Origin: an uncultured Candidatus Rokubacteria bacterium
GTDB lineage: Bacteria > Methylomirabilota > Methylomirabilia > Rokubacteriales > CSP1-6
Length of the DNA: 64,000 nt
Assembly: GCA_963754315.1 (NCBI GenBank)
Contig: CAVWFS010000019.1
Location: forward strand, 96,001-160,000
Direction of reading: 5' to 3'
Shown: piece after piece, positions 11,214-20,839 of the stretch
Layout: each line of letters starts with the position of its first letter
Numbering within the stretch: the first letter of the stretch is position 1
Position numbers and translations under genes: made by a program
The notes under the pieces: generated by a model
Database searches by the model: none
The model's input: the letters and a program-made list of their open reading frames with translations, nothing else
What the model was told of the DNA's origin: nothing

Positions 11214-12347
11214 TAGGAAATGACCTGGTCAACGAGGGCCTTCACGGCGCGCGCCGCCGTCTCCCAGGAGAAGCGCGCCGCCTGCGCTGGCCCGCGCATC
11301 CGAAGCTCCTTGGCGAGCGCGTCGTCGGTGAAGAGCCGCGTCATGGCCGCCGCGATGCTGTCCACGCTCAGTCGGCTCAACCAAGAGGGCGGCTTCTCCC
11401 ACCACCTCCGGCAGAGAGGAGACGTTCGAGGCGATCACGGGCGTCGCGCTGGCCATGCCCTCCAAGGCTGTGAGGCCGAACCCCTCGTAGAGGGAGGGCA
11501 AGACCAGCATGCGTGCCTGACGGTAGAGGCGCGGGAGATCCTGGTCGCTCGCATACGGCTGCCAGTCGACGCGCGGCGACAACCCCAGAGATTCGATGCG
11601 GTCGCGGAGCGTGTGCACGTGTGCCGGGTGGCCCCACCCCCGGATCATGAGGCGGCCCTCGTGACGTCGCACCGTCCTGGCGAACGCCTCCACCAGTCGA
11701 AGCAGATTCTTGTGCGGCAAGACATTGCCCACGTAGAGCGCGTAGGGCTCACCGTCGAAGGGACGATCGGTCTGATCGGCCGTGAATCGCCGCGCGTCGT
11801 AGCCGCAGGGAATCACGTAGATCGAGCGTGGCGGCAGGTCGCGAAAATAGTGAAGCAGGTCATGCCGCGTGCTCTCCGAGGTGACCACGATGGCCCCTGA
11901 GCTACGGAGCACGGCCGGAACGAAGTGACGGAAGTAGTATTGCTGACGTGGGTACTCCGTCGGAAAGCGCAGCGGCAAGAGGTCATGGACAACCGTGATC
12001 TGGTGAAGACGAGAACCCAGGAGTCCTTCTGGCATCAGATTGAGAAGAACTCGGGGCCTATCACGCTGCAGGTGAACACGCAGCCCGGTCTGGATCCAGA
12101 AGAGTCGCTGCAGGTGGCCGCTCGCCCCGCGCTCTGGCCGCATGCCAGCCGACACGCGACGGACCGTCGCGTGGGGGGCGATCACCAGGTCGGGACGCGA
12201 CGTATAGACGATGAGCTGTTCGCCGAACTCGTCCAGGGCTGAAATGAGCTGCAGAGAGTAGTATCCGAGACCCGTCGGCCGCTCGCCGACGATGGAGGCA
12301 TTGACGGCGATCGCTGACCGCGGTGCCACCGCACGATTATAGGTCAT
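11213..12347 (-). CDS. GT4 glycosyltransferase (MtfB-like); +1 frameshift near 11370
   Basis: TVVHDLLP, PHKNL and PSLYEGFGLTALEGM motifs. Removing one G restores EPTDVDSIAAAMTRL...RFSWETAARAVKALVDQVIS*, with TAA at 11213-11215 overlapping the next ATG. The true start may be GTG 12329. Confidence 0.85.
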
Positions 12348-13485
12348 GCGCCAGCACCCAGTCGTAGACATCGCGCTGCGCGGCGGCGATGACCTCGTGG
12401 GTGTAGTGGCGGGCCACGCGCGTGCGGCCGCGCTCGATGAGGCGCTCCCGCAAGGCATCGTCGAACAGAAGCGACCGCAACCCGCCCCGGAGGGCCTCCA
12501 CGTCGCCTTCGGGAAAGAGCAGGCCGGCGTCGGCCACCACCTCGGGTATGGCGGCCGAGGCGGATCCTGCCACGGGGACGCCGGCGGCCATGGCTTCGAT
12601 GAGCACGTGGCCAAACTGCTCCGCCCACGAGGTCGTGCTGCGCGAGGGCAGCACGAGCGCATCGAGGGCGGCGAGATAGTCGGGGACGGCGTGGTGAGCC
12701 ACGGCACCCGTGAAAACGGCCTTGCCGGGCGGCCACGCCGCTACCCGACGCTCCAGCCGCGAGCGCTCAGGTCCGTCGCCCACGATGACGATTTGAACGT
12801 CGAGCGGCGCCGCCGCGTCAATCAGCACGTCCACCCCCTTCTCGGCGACGAGGCGCCCCCCACATAACCGATTGTCATAAGACGCCGCTGGGGACCCCCC
12901 GAGAGGCCTGAGGCACCCCTCGACCGCGCTAGGCGAGCACGCATGGGGGCGCCGTTGCCGCTGGCGTAGCGCGCCAGGTCGACACCGAACTGGGGCAGCA
13001 CGGCCACGCGAGCCGGCTGAACGCCGAGTCGCTGGACGCGCGCGTGGGCGGCCTGGTTGCCAGCAAGGACGAAGGCGACCCGGCGGAGAATCACACGCTC
13101 GATGATCCGCGCCAGGAGACGCCGTGGTCCACGGAGGTTCTCCCAGGTGAACAGCACGACAGGCGCAGCCCGAGCGGCCACGCACTGCAAGGCGGCCAGA
13201 GTCCCCCCTTCGACCTCGGCATGGAGAATGTCGGGTCTGGCTGCGCGCAACTCGCGCCAACCGTCGCGATAGCAACAAACTCCAGCGTGACCGTCAAGGA
13301 CGACACGCGAGCGGATGATTCGATACGAGGGGGCCGAGGTAGGCGGTTCTAGAGGACCGAACGCCGTGCGCCACCGGGTTGGCGTCAGCACGGTGAGCTC
13401 GAGGTCGGGAACCGCGGCAAGCGCCCGAAGCTTGTCGTGATATGACAGGGGCAGCGTACGCGTGAGATACGAGCCACACCTTCAT
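12337..13485 (-). CDS. GT4 glycosyltransferase; two frameshifts (near 13442 and 12860)
   Basis: MKVWLVSHAYAAPV[N]HDKLRAL... continues into ORF 12822..13391 (FTWENL, PQFGVD), then ORF 12337 (RLVAEKGVD...WAEQFGHVLIEAMAAGVPV). Confidence 0.8.
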
Positions 13486-14118
13486 GATCTGTCCCACAGA
13501 GCCTCGGTACAATTGCTCGTACTCACCGACGACGCGGGTCCAGCCATAGCGCGCGGCATGGGCGCGGCAGCGTATGGCCAGTCCGCCTCGCTCGAAAGGC
13601 TGGCCAGAACGGCCGCCACCGTCCGCGCGAAGGTCGCTGGCTGCGAGCCACGACGGTTCGAGGCTGCCGAGCACATCGGTCGCGCCACTTTCGGGAGTTG
13701 CCACCACCGGCAGGACGAGCAGCGGGGCAAAGAGTCGAGCGAGGTCACCGCTTGGCTCGCGCACCAGGAGATCGGGGGCGAGCAGGCTGACCAGGGGCGA
13801 TGCGACCAGGACGAAGCCAAGGGCGAGCACCCCCGTCCCGCCGATGAGCATCAATAGGCAGCGCCTGAAGAAGTGTGTCGCGGCAGCAGGGCCCCGTTTG
13901 GTCGCGATCTCGATGACCCGCGGGATGAAGAGTGTCGAGATCCACATGGCGATCTCGTTGGCCACGGCCACCACGATCGTGAAGCTCAGAGCGAGCGCGT
14001 CGGCCTCGAGTCCCGTCCCGAAGTGGCCCGCCAGGGTGATCTCATACGCCACCGCCGCCACCTGTCCGGCCAGACCCAATGCCACGATCCCGGCCCATGC
14101 CCGGCGCCTCGACATCAT
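13482..14118 (-). pseudogene. Chimera: N-terminal ~135 aa of a MurJ/MviN-like flippase fused to the C-terminal end of a GT4
   Basis: LAGHFGTGLEADALAL...STLFIP...VSLLAP resembles a MurJ N-terminus. It joins near 13710 to LPVVATPESGATDVL...RYGWTRVVGEYEQLY, a GT4 tail. Further indels lie downstream. Confidence 0.65.
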
Positions 14119-14173
14119 GCCGATCGACAGGCAGACGCACTCCTCCTGGGTCGGGATGCGAGAGAGGCTGGGT

Positions 14174-15088
14174 TCATAGATGCGCGCGCAACCGCCGCCA
14201 GACGTGTCGGCGCCACCGCCCCCACCGACGGAACTCGCTGAATGGGACACCCCGGTTGTACCGGAGGAAGGTAATGCCACTCACGGCCATCAGTCTGAGC
14301 ATGAAGCACGGATCTCGCCCCGATCTCTCGAGGCGGCGTGAGCCGAGTACGGCGTGCGCGTATGCATACACCCAACTTGGGGGCACGTATTGAAAGTGCT
14401 GACGGACGGTGCGCAGGATCTCCGCATGAGCCTGGACACGGCGCCCGAGCGTCTTTGTGTCTGCGTGCAGGCGGGTGGTAGCGAGAAAGTCGGAAACTCG
14501 GGCGAAGGTGGTCACCCGCCCGACCCGGATCCACAGGTCGTAGTCCATGCAGAACTGGAGGGCTTCGTCGAGATAACCCACACGTTCCACCACCTCCCGT
14601 CGGACAAAGACGGTGGGTTGGCATATGAAGCACGTCTCGGCGAGACGGGCGAGATCGAATGGCTCGGTAGGATATCGCCGGAGGACGCGGCCCACCTCGT
14701 CCACGTGGTACCCCTCTCCGTAGACGGCGCCCGCCTCCGGATGGGCGGAAAGCTCGGACACGGCGCGCTCCACTGCCCCAGGCAGGTACGTATCGTCGGA
14801 GTTCAGATAGGCGACGATTGCGCCTCGCCCACCGCGCCATCCTTTGTTGATTGCGGACGCCTGGCCACGGTCGGCCTCCGAGACCCACGTGAGACGATTT
14901 CCATAGTCCTTCAGGATATCGATGGTCTCGTCCGAGGATCCGCCGTCCATCACGAGGTACTCGATGGCGGCATAGCTCTGTCCCAGCACGCTCTCGATCG
15001 TTTCCCGGATGAAGCGGCCTTGGTTCAGCGAGGGCGTCACCACGGTCACCAGTGGAAGCGCAGGATTCGACGAAGGAGTGACCGTCAC
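14174..15088 (-). CDS. GT2 glycosyltransferase
   Basis: VTVVTPSLNQGRFIRETIESVL, DGGSSD, YLNSDD, ICQPTVF and MDYDLW motifs. Confidence 0.9.
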   Translation of the reverse strand: MTVTPSSNPALPLVTVVTPSLNQGRFIRETIESVLGQSYAAIEYLVMDGGSSDETIDILKDYGNRLTWVSEADRGQASAINKGWRGGRGAIVAYLNSDDTYLPGAVERAVSELSAHPEAGAVYGEGYHVDEVGRVLRRYPTEPFDLARLAETCFICQPTVFVRREVVERVGYLDEALQFCMDYDLWIRVGRVTTFARVSDFLATTRLHADTKTLGRRVQAHAEILRTVRQHFQYVPPSWVYAYAHAVLGSRRLERSGRDPCFMLRLMAVSGITFLRYNRGVPFSEFRRWGRWRRHVWRRLRAHL

Positions 15089-16227
15089 ACCGATTCGTAC
15101 ACCGCCAGCGTCTCACGCGCGCAGCGGTCCCAGGAAAAGTTGGTGCTCCATTCGAGGCCGCGCGCTACTAGCTTGGCGGCCAGGGCAGGGTCGTCCAGCA
15201 GCTGGGTCAGCCCATCGGCGATGGCGTCGACATCCGTCGGCGTCACCAAGACGGCGGCACCGCCGGCCACCTCGGGCAACGACGAAACGTTCGAGGTCAG
15301 TACAGGGACACCACACGCCATCGCTTCCAGGACAGGGAGCCCGAACCCCTCGTAAAGAGAGGGATAGGCGAAGACGGTCGCCAGCGAGTAGAGCGACGCC
15401 ATATCCTCATTCCGTACATAGCCGATGAAACGGACCCGGTCGACCAATCCCCGTTGAGCGACCTCCCGCCTGAGGGATTCACTCAGCCAGCCCGGGCCGC
15501 CTGCGATGACCAGACTCACGTCGTGGCGAAGCGAGTCGGATAGACTCGCGTACGCGTGGACGAGGCGCATGAGATTCTTGCGGGGCTCGAGAGTGCCAAC
15601 GAAGAGAACAAACCGCTCGGGTAGATCGTAGCGACGCTGCACAGCGGCACGCTGCAGGGTGTCGGTGACGGGTCTGTGGGTCGGGTCGTGGGCGAGCGGC
15701 GTGACGATGATTCGTTCGGGGCGGGCGCCCAGACGGTCTATCAGATCGCGCCGCGTGTGCTCGGAGATGGCGAGGATGGCATCAGCCCGTTCCAGGGCGG
15801 CCCGCGTGCCGGCCAGGCAGTGCTGGACATTGACGTCGACGTGAAATTCGGGATGAACCAAGAAGCTGAGATCGTAGATCGTTACCACGAGGCGCTTCCG
15901 CGAGGATAGGGGCGGAACGCAGAACGTCGTGCTGTGCACCAGATCGACGGGGCCGAGCAGCCATTCCTTGATGCGCGCCCACCCCTCGGTCCGCCACAAC
16001 CAGAGCACCATGGGGGGCGGTAAGTGGCGGAAAGCCATTCGCATGCGGGACGAGGTCGGAAACCCCGCCCGCGGATAATCTGGATGAACGATGTAGTAGA
16101 ACACGGGATACAGGCGGTAACGGTGACGCTGATCGATACGGGTCAGGGCTGCCCCCAACTGGTAGGCGTACTGGCCGCCGCCCGCGCGCTCACCGGGTAT
16201 GAGGCTCATGTCGATGCCAATGTGCAT
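15085..16227 (-). CDS. GT4 glycosyltransferase (MtfB-like)
   Basis: Start MHIGIDMS at 16227; VGTLEPRKN and PSLYEGFGLPVLEAMACG motifs. Confidence 0.9.
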   Translation of the reverse strand: MHIGIDMSLIPGERAGGGQYAYQLGAALTRIDQRHRYRLYPVFYYIVHPDYPRAGFPTSSRMRMAFRHLPPPMVLWLWRTEGWARIKEWLLGPVDLVHSTTFCVPPLSSRKRLVVTIYDLSFLVHPEFHVDVNVQHCLAGTRAALERADAILAISEHTRRDLIDRLGARPERIIVTPLAHDPTHRPVTDTLQRAAVQRRYDLPERFVLFVGTLEPRKNLMRLVHAYASLSDSLRHDVSLVIAGGPGWLSESLRREVAQRGLVDRVRFIGYVRNEDMASLYSLATVFAYPSLYEGFGLPVLEAMACGVPVLTSNVSSLPEVAGGAAVLVTPTDVDAIADGLTQLLDDPALAAKLVARGLEWSTNFSWDRCARETLAVYESV

Positions 16228-16235
16228 ACGTCGGC

Positions 16236-17581
16236 TCAGGCGCGCACGGGGCCGTCGGCGAGTTCTAGCTCGATCAGCCGCCAGGCCAGCGGTCGGTAGT
16301 CCCCATTGCGGGCGAACCGGTGAGGCACGAACCAAGAGCTTGCTTCCACTTCCACCGTGTGGTCGCCCGCGACCATCGGACTGAGCAGAGGGATGCTCGC
16401 CGCGAAGTCTCCGGGATTTGCGATACGGTGATGCCCAACCACACGGTCGTCCACGCGGACGGTGAGCAATAGCGCGTTGCTCATGTAGCGGAGGTCCGTC
16501 CACCCACGAATGCTGACCGACCGAGTCGCACGCCCGGCGCGTCGGCTTACCGCCAACCGTGGCCCGACCCACCCATCGTTCCAGGGCTCGGTGTGGCCGA
16601 GATAGGCAGCGACCTGCGGCGGAAGGCTTCCCCGCTGCCCCAGACGAGCCGCCATTTTCCTTCCAACCCCTGTGGCCCCCGTGCGCAGCACAGGGTAGAC
16701 CCCAACGTAGAAGGCCACCTCGGGGGCGAGGACCGCACCGGCCAAGGCTCGGGGGACGGCTCCGAAGACCTCGCCCCGCCGCCAGGCGTCGTGGGCGTGG
16801 CGAAGGTAACGGCGGGCCCTTCCTAGCCGATTCATACGAAAGAGCGCCAGCGACAGCGCCAGCCGCCAGTGGAGCGGGCGCAGCGGCGAACCCCAGTGGC
16901 TGCGGCTGATGGCGATAACGTCCTCGAGACGATCGGTCCGGCCCACCGCCCTGTCTTCGACTCAGGGCGCAACCGGTACGCGGCGAGGACCTGATCGACG
17001 AAGTGAAACCGATATTTTCTGGAGAACCGGCAGAACAAATCGTAGTCGACCCGGGCCGACTGCAACTGGTCGTCCAGCGGGCCACAGGCCTTCCACACTT
17101 CCGGTGTCCAAAAGACGGCAGGCTGCGGGATGGTGTGGCCCTTCCAGATTTCCAGCACCCGGCGGTGTCCCTCGAAGCGGCTGGGATGCTCGAGGCCGCT
17201 CGACCGACCCTCGGCGTCGATGAACCGACAGCGACCCATTACGATCTGCCGGCCACGCCCAGGGTCCACCTCCCGGGCTACCCGGTGCAGGGCTCCGGGC
17301 AGCAGCGTATCGTCGGAGTTCAAGAAGCCCCAGATCTCGCCGGTGGCGAGCCGGAACCCCTTGTTGAGGGCGTCGGCATGCCCGCGGTCCGCCTCGGACA
17401 CGAGTCTCACGTGAGTGTATGGAGCCAGACGATCGAGGGTCCCGTCGGTGGACCCCCCGTCGATCACGATGTGGTCAAGGTTCGGATAGTCCTGGGCGAT
17501 GACGCTCTCGACAGTGGCGACGATGTAGCGGGCCTGGTTGAAGGAGGGGGTCACGATAGATATGCGGGGCCAGCGATCCAT
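16236..17581 (-). CDS. GT2 glycosyltransferase with C-terminal beta-sandwich extension; frameshift near 16945
   Basis: ORF 16832..17581 carries the GT2 core (ISIVTPSFNQ, DGGSTDGT, FLNSDD) and continues in ORF 16236..16946 (RLEDVIAISRSHWG...DGWVGP...GDYRPLAWRL). Confidence 0.75.
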
Positions 17582-17594
17582 GCCGGGCTATCCC

Positions 17595-19360
17595 CTACCC
17601 ATAGCACCGTTGTCGGGTCTGATGCATGACCGACACGACCTCGACGGTGAACTTCGTCCACGAGAAGTTCTTCACCCGATGACGACCGCGGGCGATTAAG
17701 GAGCCCCGCAGAGCCTCGTCCGTGAGCACACGGTACAGTGCATGGGCCAGCTCTTCGGGCGCGCGGGGATCGGCGAGCACGGCCGCGTCACCGGCGATCT
17801 CGGGGAGGCTGGTCACGTTGCTACACACGATGGGGCAGTCGCACCACATAGCCTCCAGAAGGGGAAGACCGAATCCCTCGAACAGAGAAGGGAAGACAAG
17901 CGCCGCCGCACTCTCGTAGAGCGCGGGCATATCGTCAAGGGCGCAGTAGCCAAGAAAGCGGACCCGGTGGCCAAGGCCCGCATCCTGGATCTTCGCCAGT
18001 AACTCGTGGTGAGCCTCCTTGGGGCTGCCCGTGCATACGAGCAGCGGATCAAGCCCGTACGCCTCACGCAACACGCGCAGTGCCTGGAAGGCCGCTCCAT
18101 GGTTCTTGTGGGGCCACGTATTGCCGGGGAAGAGCAGATATTCTCCCGCTTTCAACCCGTGCCGGTCGAGGACCCGTCGCGAGTCCAAGCGTGCTGGGCT
18201 CCCCGGGTGGAAGGCGTCGTCGGCTGCCAAGTGAGTGGTGCTGATCTGGTCGGGGGAGAGACCCAAGCGCTCGATGAGAGTTTGCCGAGTGAACTCGGAG
18301 ATCGCACAGATGTGGCTGGCCTGCCTTGCCGATGCCGAGTAGATACGGCGCCGCTCCTCCAGATCGCGGGGAGCGAAGAACTCCGGGCAGTACTCATGTT
18401 GGATGTCTGGGACGATCAGTACGTTCCTGAAGGGTGCCAGGTCAGGATGGATGTAGCCCGGGATGGACAGCGCGACTTCCGCCCCGAGGCCGCGGGCCCT
18501 CCGCAGCGTGTCGACCTCGGGTGTACGCCAGTACTGAACGCCCAGTCGGCCGTGCAGGAAGCGCGCGGCGATGAGAGCCGCCTTGCGCGCGTAGGCGCGG
18601 GGGCCGTCGGCCGCTTCGAATGTGACGTTGGGGGCGGCACGCCCGTCAAAGTCATACCGCACCTCGGTCGGCACCAGCACCGTATAGCGATTGACCCGGT
18701 CGAGCTCAAGCAGACGGCTCATGAAGGAGCGTGAGAGATTCTCGATACCCCCCGCCACCCCGGGTCGCATCCAACGCAGATCGATGACTGCGCGCAGAGG
18801 TTCATCGCGGCCGGCCCGGTCGGCCGCCACGACGTCGGCGTGCGCGCGCAGCGCCACCACCTTCGCCTGCAGATTGTTGCGCTCTCCCTCCACGACCCCG
18901 ATCCGCGTTCCCTATTCCGCGATCACGGCAAGACGTCTCGCGCGATCCTCTTCCGACAGAACGTCTAGCTCTCGGAGGTGGTCCAGCCGGCCCGCCAAAT
19001 CCAGCAGTGCCCGTACCATTCGCGCGGTGGGGAGGGCGCCGACGAACCAGTCGACCTCCGCCACCCGCAACGGAGTCAGGCGGTCTCGACCTACCACCAC
19101 AAACATATCGTACTCGGCAAAGAGAGCCGGTTCGAACGCGACGTCGCCCGCCCCCTGCCGGGCGAAGAGTTCAGAAATGGCGGTTCGGCTGAACAGATAG
19201 AGATGCTCGCGCGGCTGCAGCATCTCCAGAAACCGGGCCGCACGGCGACCATTTCCTGACGAGATCTCCGTTCCGTCTCGCACACGGCGCACCGCCAGTA
19301 CCCCGGATCGAAAGCCACGAGGTCCGCGTTCCCGCACCAGCAGGACGGGTGTTCAGTCAT
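17595..19360 (-). pseudogene. Zn-ribbon/methyltransferase remnant + coiled coil + GT4 fusion; internal deletion, frameshift and in-frame TAG
   Basis: MTEHPSCWCG...CAVCET leads almost directly to FLEMLQPREHLYLFS with no SAM motif. In-frame TAG at 18912-18914, then a GT4 (WPHKNH, PSLFEGFGLPLLEAM). Confidence 0.65.
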
Positions 19361-19820
19361 CCTCGCCTTGGACGCCCTGGAGCACGTCGGTATCGACGTT
19401 CATGGAGACAGAAATCCAACCGACAACCATGCCACTGCCGCCCAGAATACTCCACTGGATGCGGGTCGCCCACATCTCAGGGAGCGCCGGGTCTGATGAC
19501 ACGACATGTCGTTGAACTGTCCCCCGCGCACGCTGGCAGGCTCCCGCGCATCCAGCTTCGTGGTTTCAGGCCTTTCGCAGCATGATGGAGCGTTCACACG
19601 CGGTTGATTTCCTGGCTGCGATAGACCCAGGCCACAGCCGCTTCAAGGGAGAGCGGCGCCTCCGACTTCACCGTAGGCGGCCCGGGGGCGTCCAACCGAG
19701 CCGAGGCGAGGCGCGCTCAAGGGAGCATCCGTGCGGAGAGGCTTGCTTGACGGTCACGGACGTCCCGGAGTCCACCCAAGCGCCGATCAACGGGACCCCC
19801 AGCGCAGGGCGACACGCGCG

Positions 19821-20834
19821 TCAGGTGAGAATCTCGCGCAGAATGGATGCCAGATCCGCCTCGGTCTTGAACTTGCGGGACCCATTGGTCATCTGTTCGC
19901 CCAGGGCGCCCGTGTCAGCCACAATGATCGGCCGACCATGCAGTTGGGCGCGCGCCGCCACGCCGGATGACCAGATTTCATAGTACGGCACGATCACAAA
20001 GTCGGAGGCGACAATCCAGCGATCGAAGGATTCGTCGTCGACGAACGTCTCGATGAACGCACACCGAGGGTCCTTGGCGACCTCCTGATGTAATAGCCGC
20101 GCGTAGTCGAGTGCCGGCTGCCAGGCAATCCGCACCGAGCCGACGATTCGCAGTCGCGCACGGGGAGAGTGGACCGATTGGAGGGCACGGATGGCGCGAT
20201 CGAATCCCTTGTGCGGTTGTACGAACCCGATGCACAGGAACACAATCTCATTCGATTCGATCCCCACCGAGCAGCGCGCACTGTCTCGATCCATCGAGCA
20301 GTGAGAGACAAAATGGCGGCCGTGGTCGACCACTTCAAATCGGGGGCTCGACTTGGTAAGCCCGTAGTAACGGGCAAAGGTGTCCCGTTCTCGCGCCGAG
20401 TGGAAGCTGACCTTTGCGGAGAGGCGCCACACCCACCGGTCGATCCAGTTGCGAAACGATCGCGCTATGGGCGCCTCGTCCACGTTGTACGCCGTTTCGT
20501 GAATGACCCACCGCAGGCGCCGCCCGTACATGACGGCCAGCATCAGCAGGGCCAGACTCGTCTTGACACCGTGGGCTCGCAACTCGTCCGGGGCATAGAA
20601 GAAGCTCGGGGCGAAGTGAACGTGTACCTCCTCATAGGCCCAGAGAATCCGGGCCAGCCGCAGCGGCCTGGCGCCACCGGCCAGGTTTCCCTGAAAATCC
20701 CCTTCCCCTTCGGCCGGGGAGAAGATATCCACGACGGCCCCTTCCCGGCGCAGCGCGTCGGCTTGTTGGGCGGCGTAGGCGCCAATCCCACACCGCATCG
20801 GCGGATAGCTAGACACGACGAGGATGGAGCGCAT
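19821..20834 (-). CDS. GT4-like glycosyltransferase
   Basis: VSSYPPMRCGIGAY, IGFVQPHKGFD and VPYYEIWSSGV motifs. Confidence 0.85.
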   Translation of the reverse strand: MRSILVVSSYPPMRCGIGAYAAQQADALRREGAVVDIFSPAEGEGDFQGNLAGGARPLRLARILWAYEEVHVHFAPSFFYAPDELRAHGVKTSLALLMLAVMYGRRLRWVIHETAYNVDEAPIARSFRNWIDRWVWRLSAKVSFHSARERDTFARYYGLTKSSPRFEVVDHGRHFVSHCSMDRDSARCSVGIESNEIVFLCIGFVQPHKGFDRAIRALQSVHSPRARLRIVGSVRIAWQPALDYARLLHQEVAKDPRCAFIETFVDDESFDRWIVASDFVIVPYYEIWSSGVAARAQLHGRPIIVADTGALGEQMTNGSRKFKTEADLASILREILT

Positions 20835-20839
20835 GGGTC

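Noticed and set aside
18912..18914. Pyrrolysine or programmed readthrough at the in-frame TAG
   Set aside because: No pyl genes in the window, the site is in a coiled coil, and the gene has other lesions; CAG>TAG or an error is simpler.
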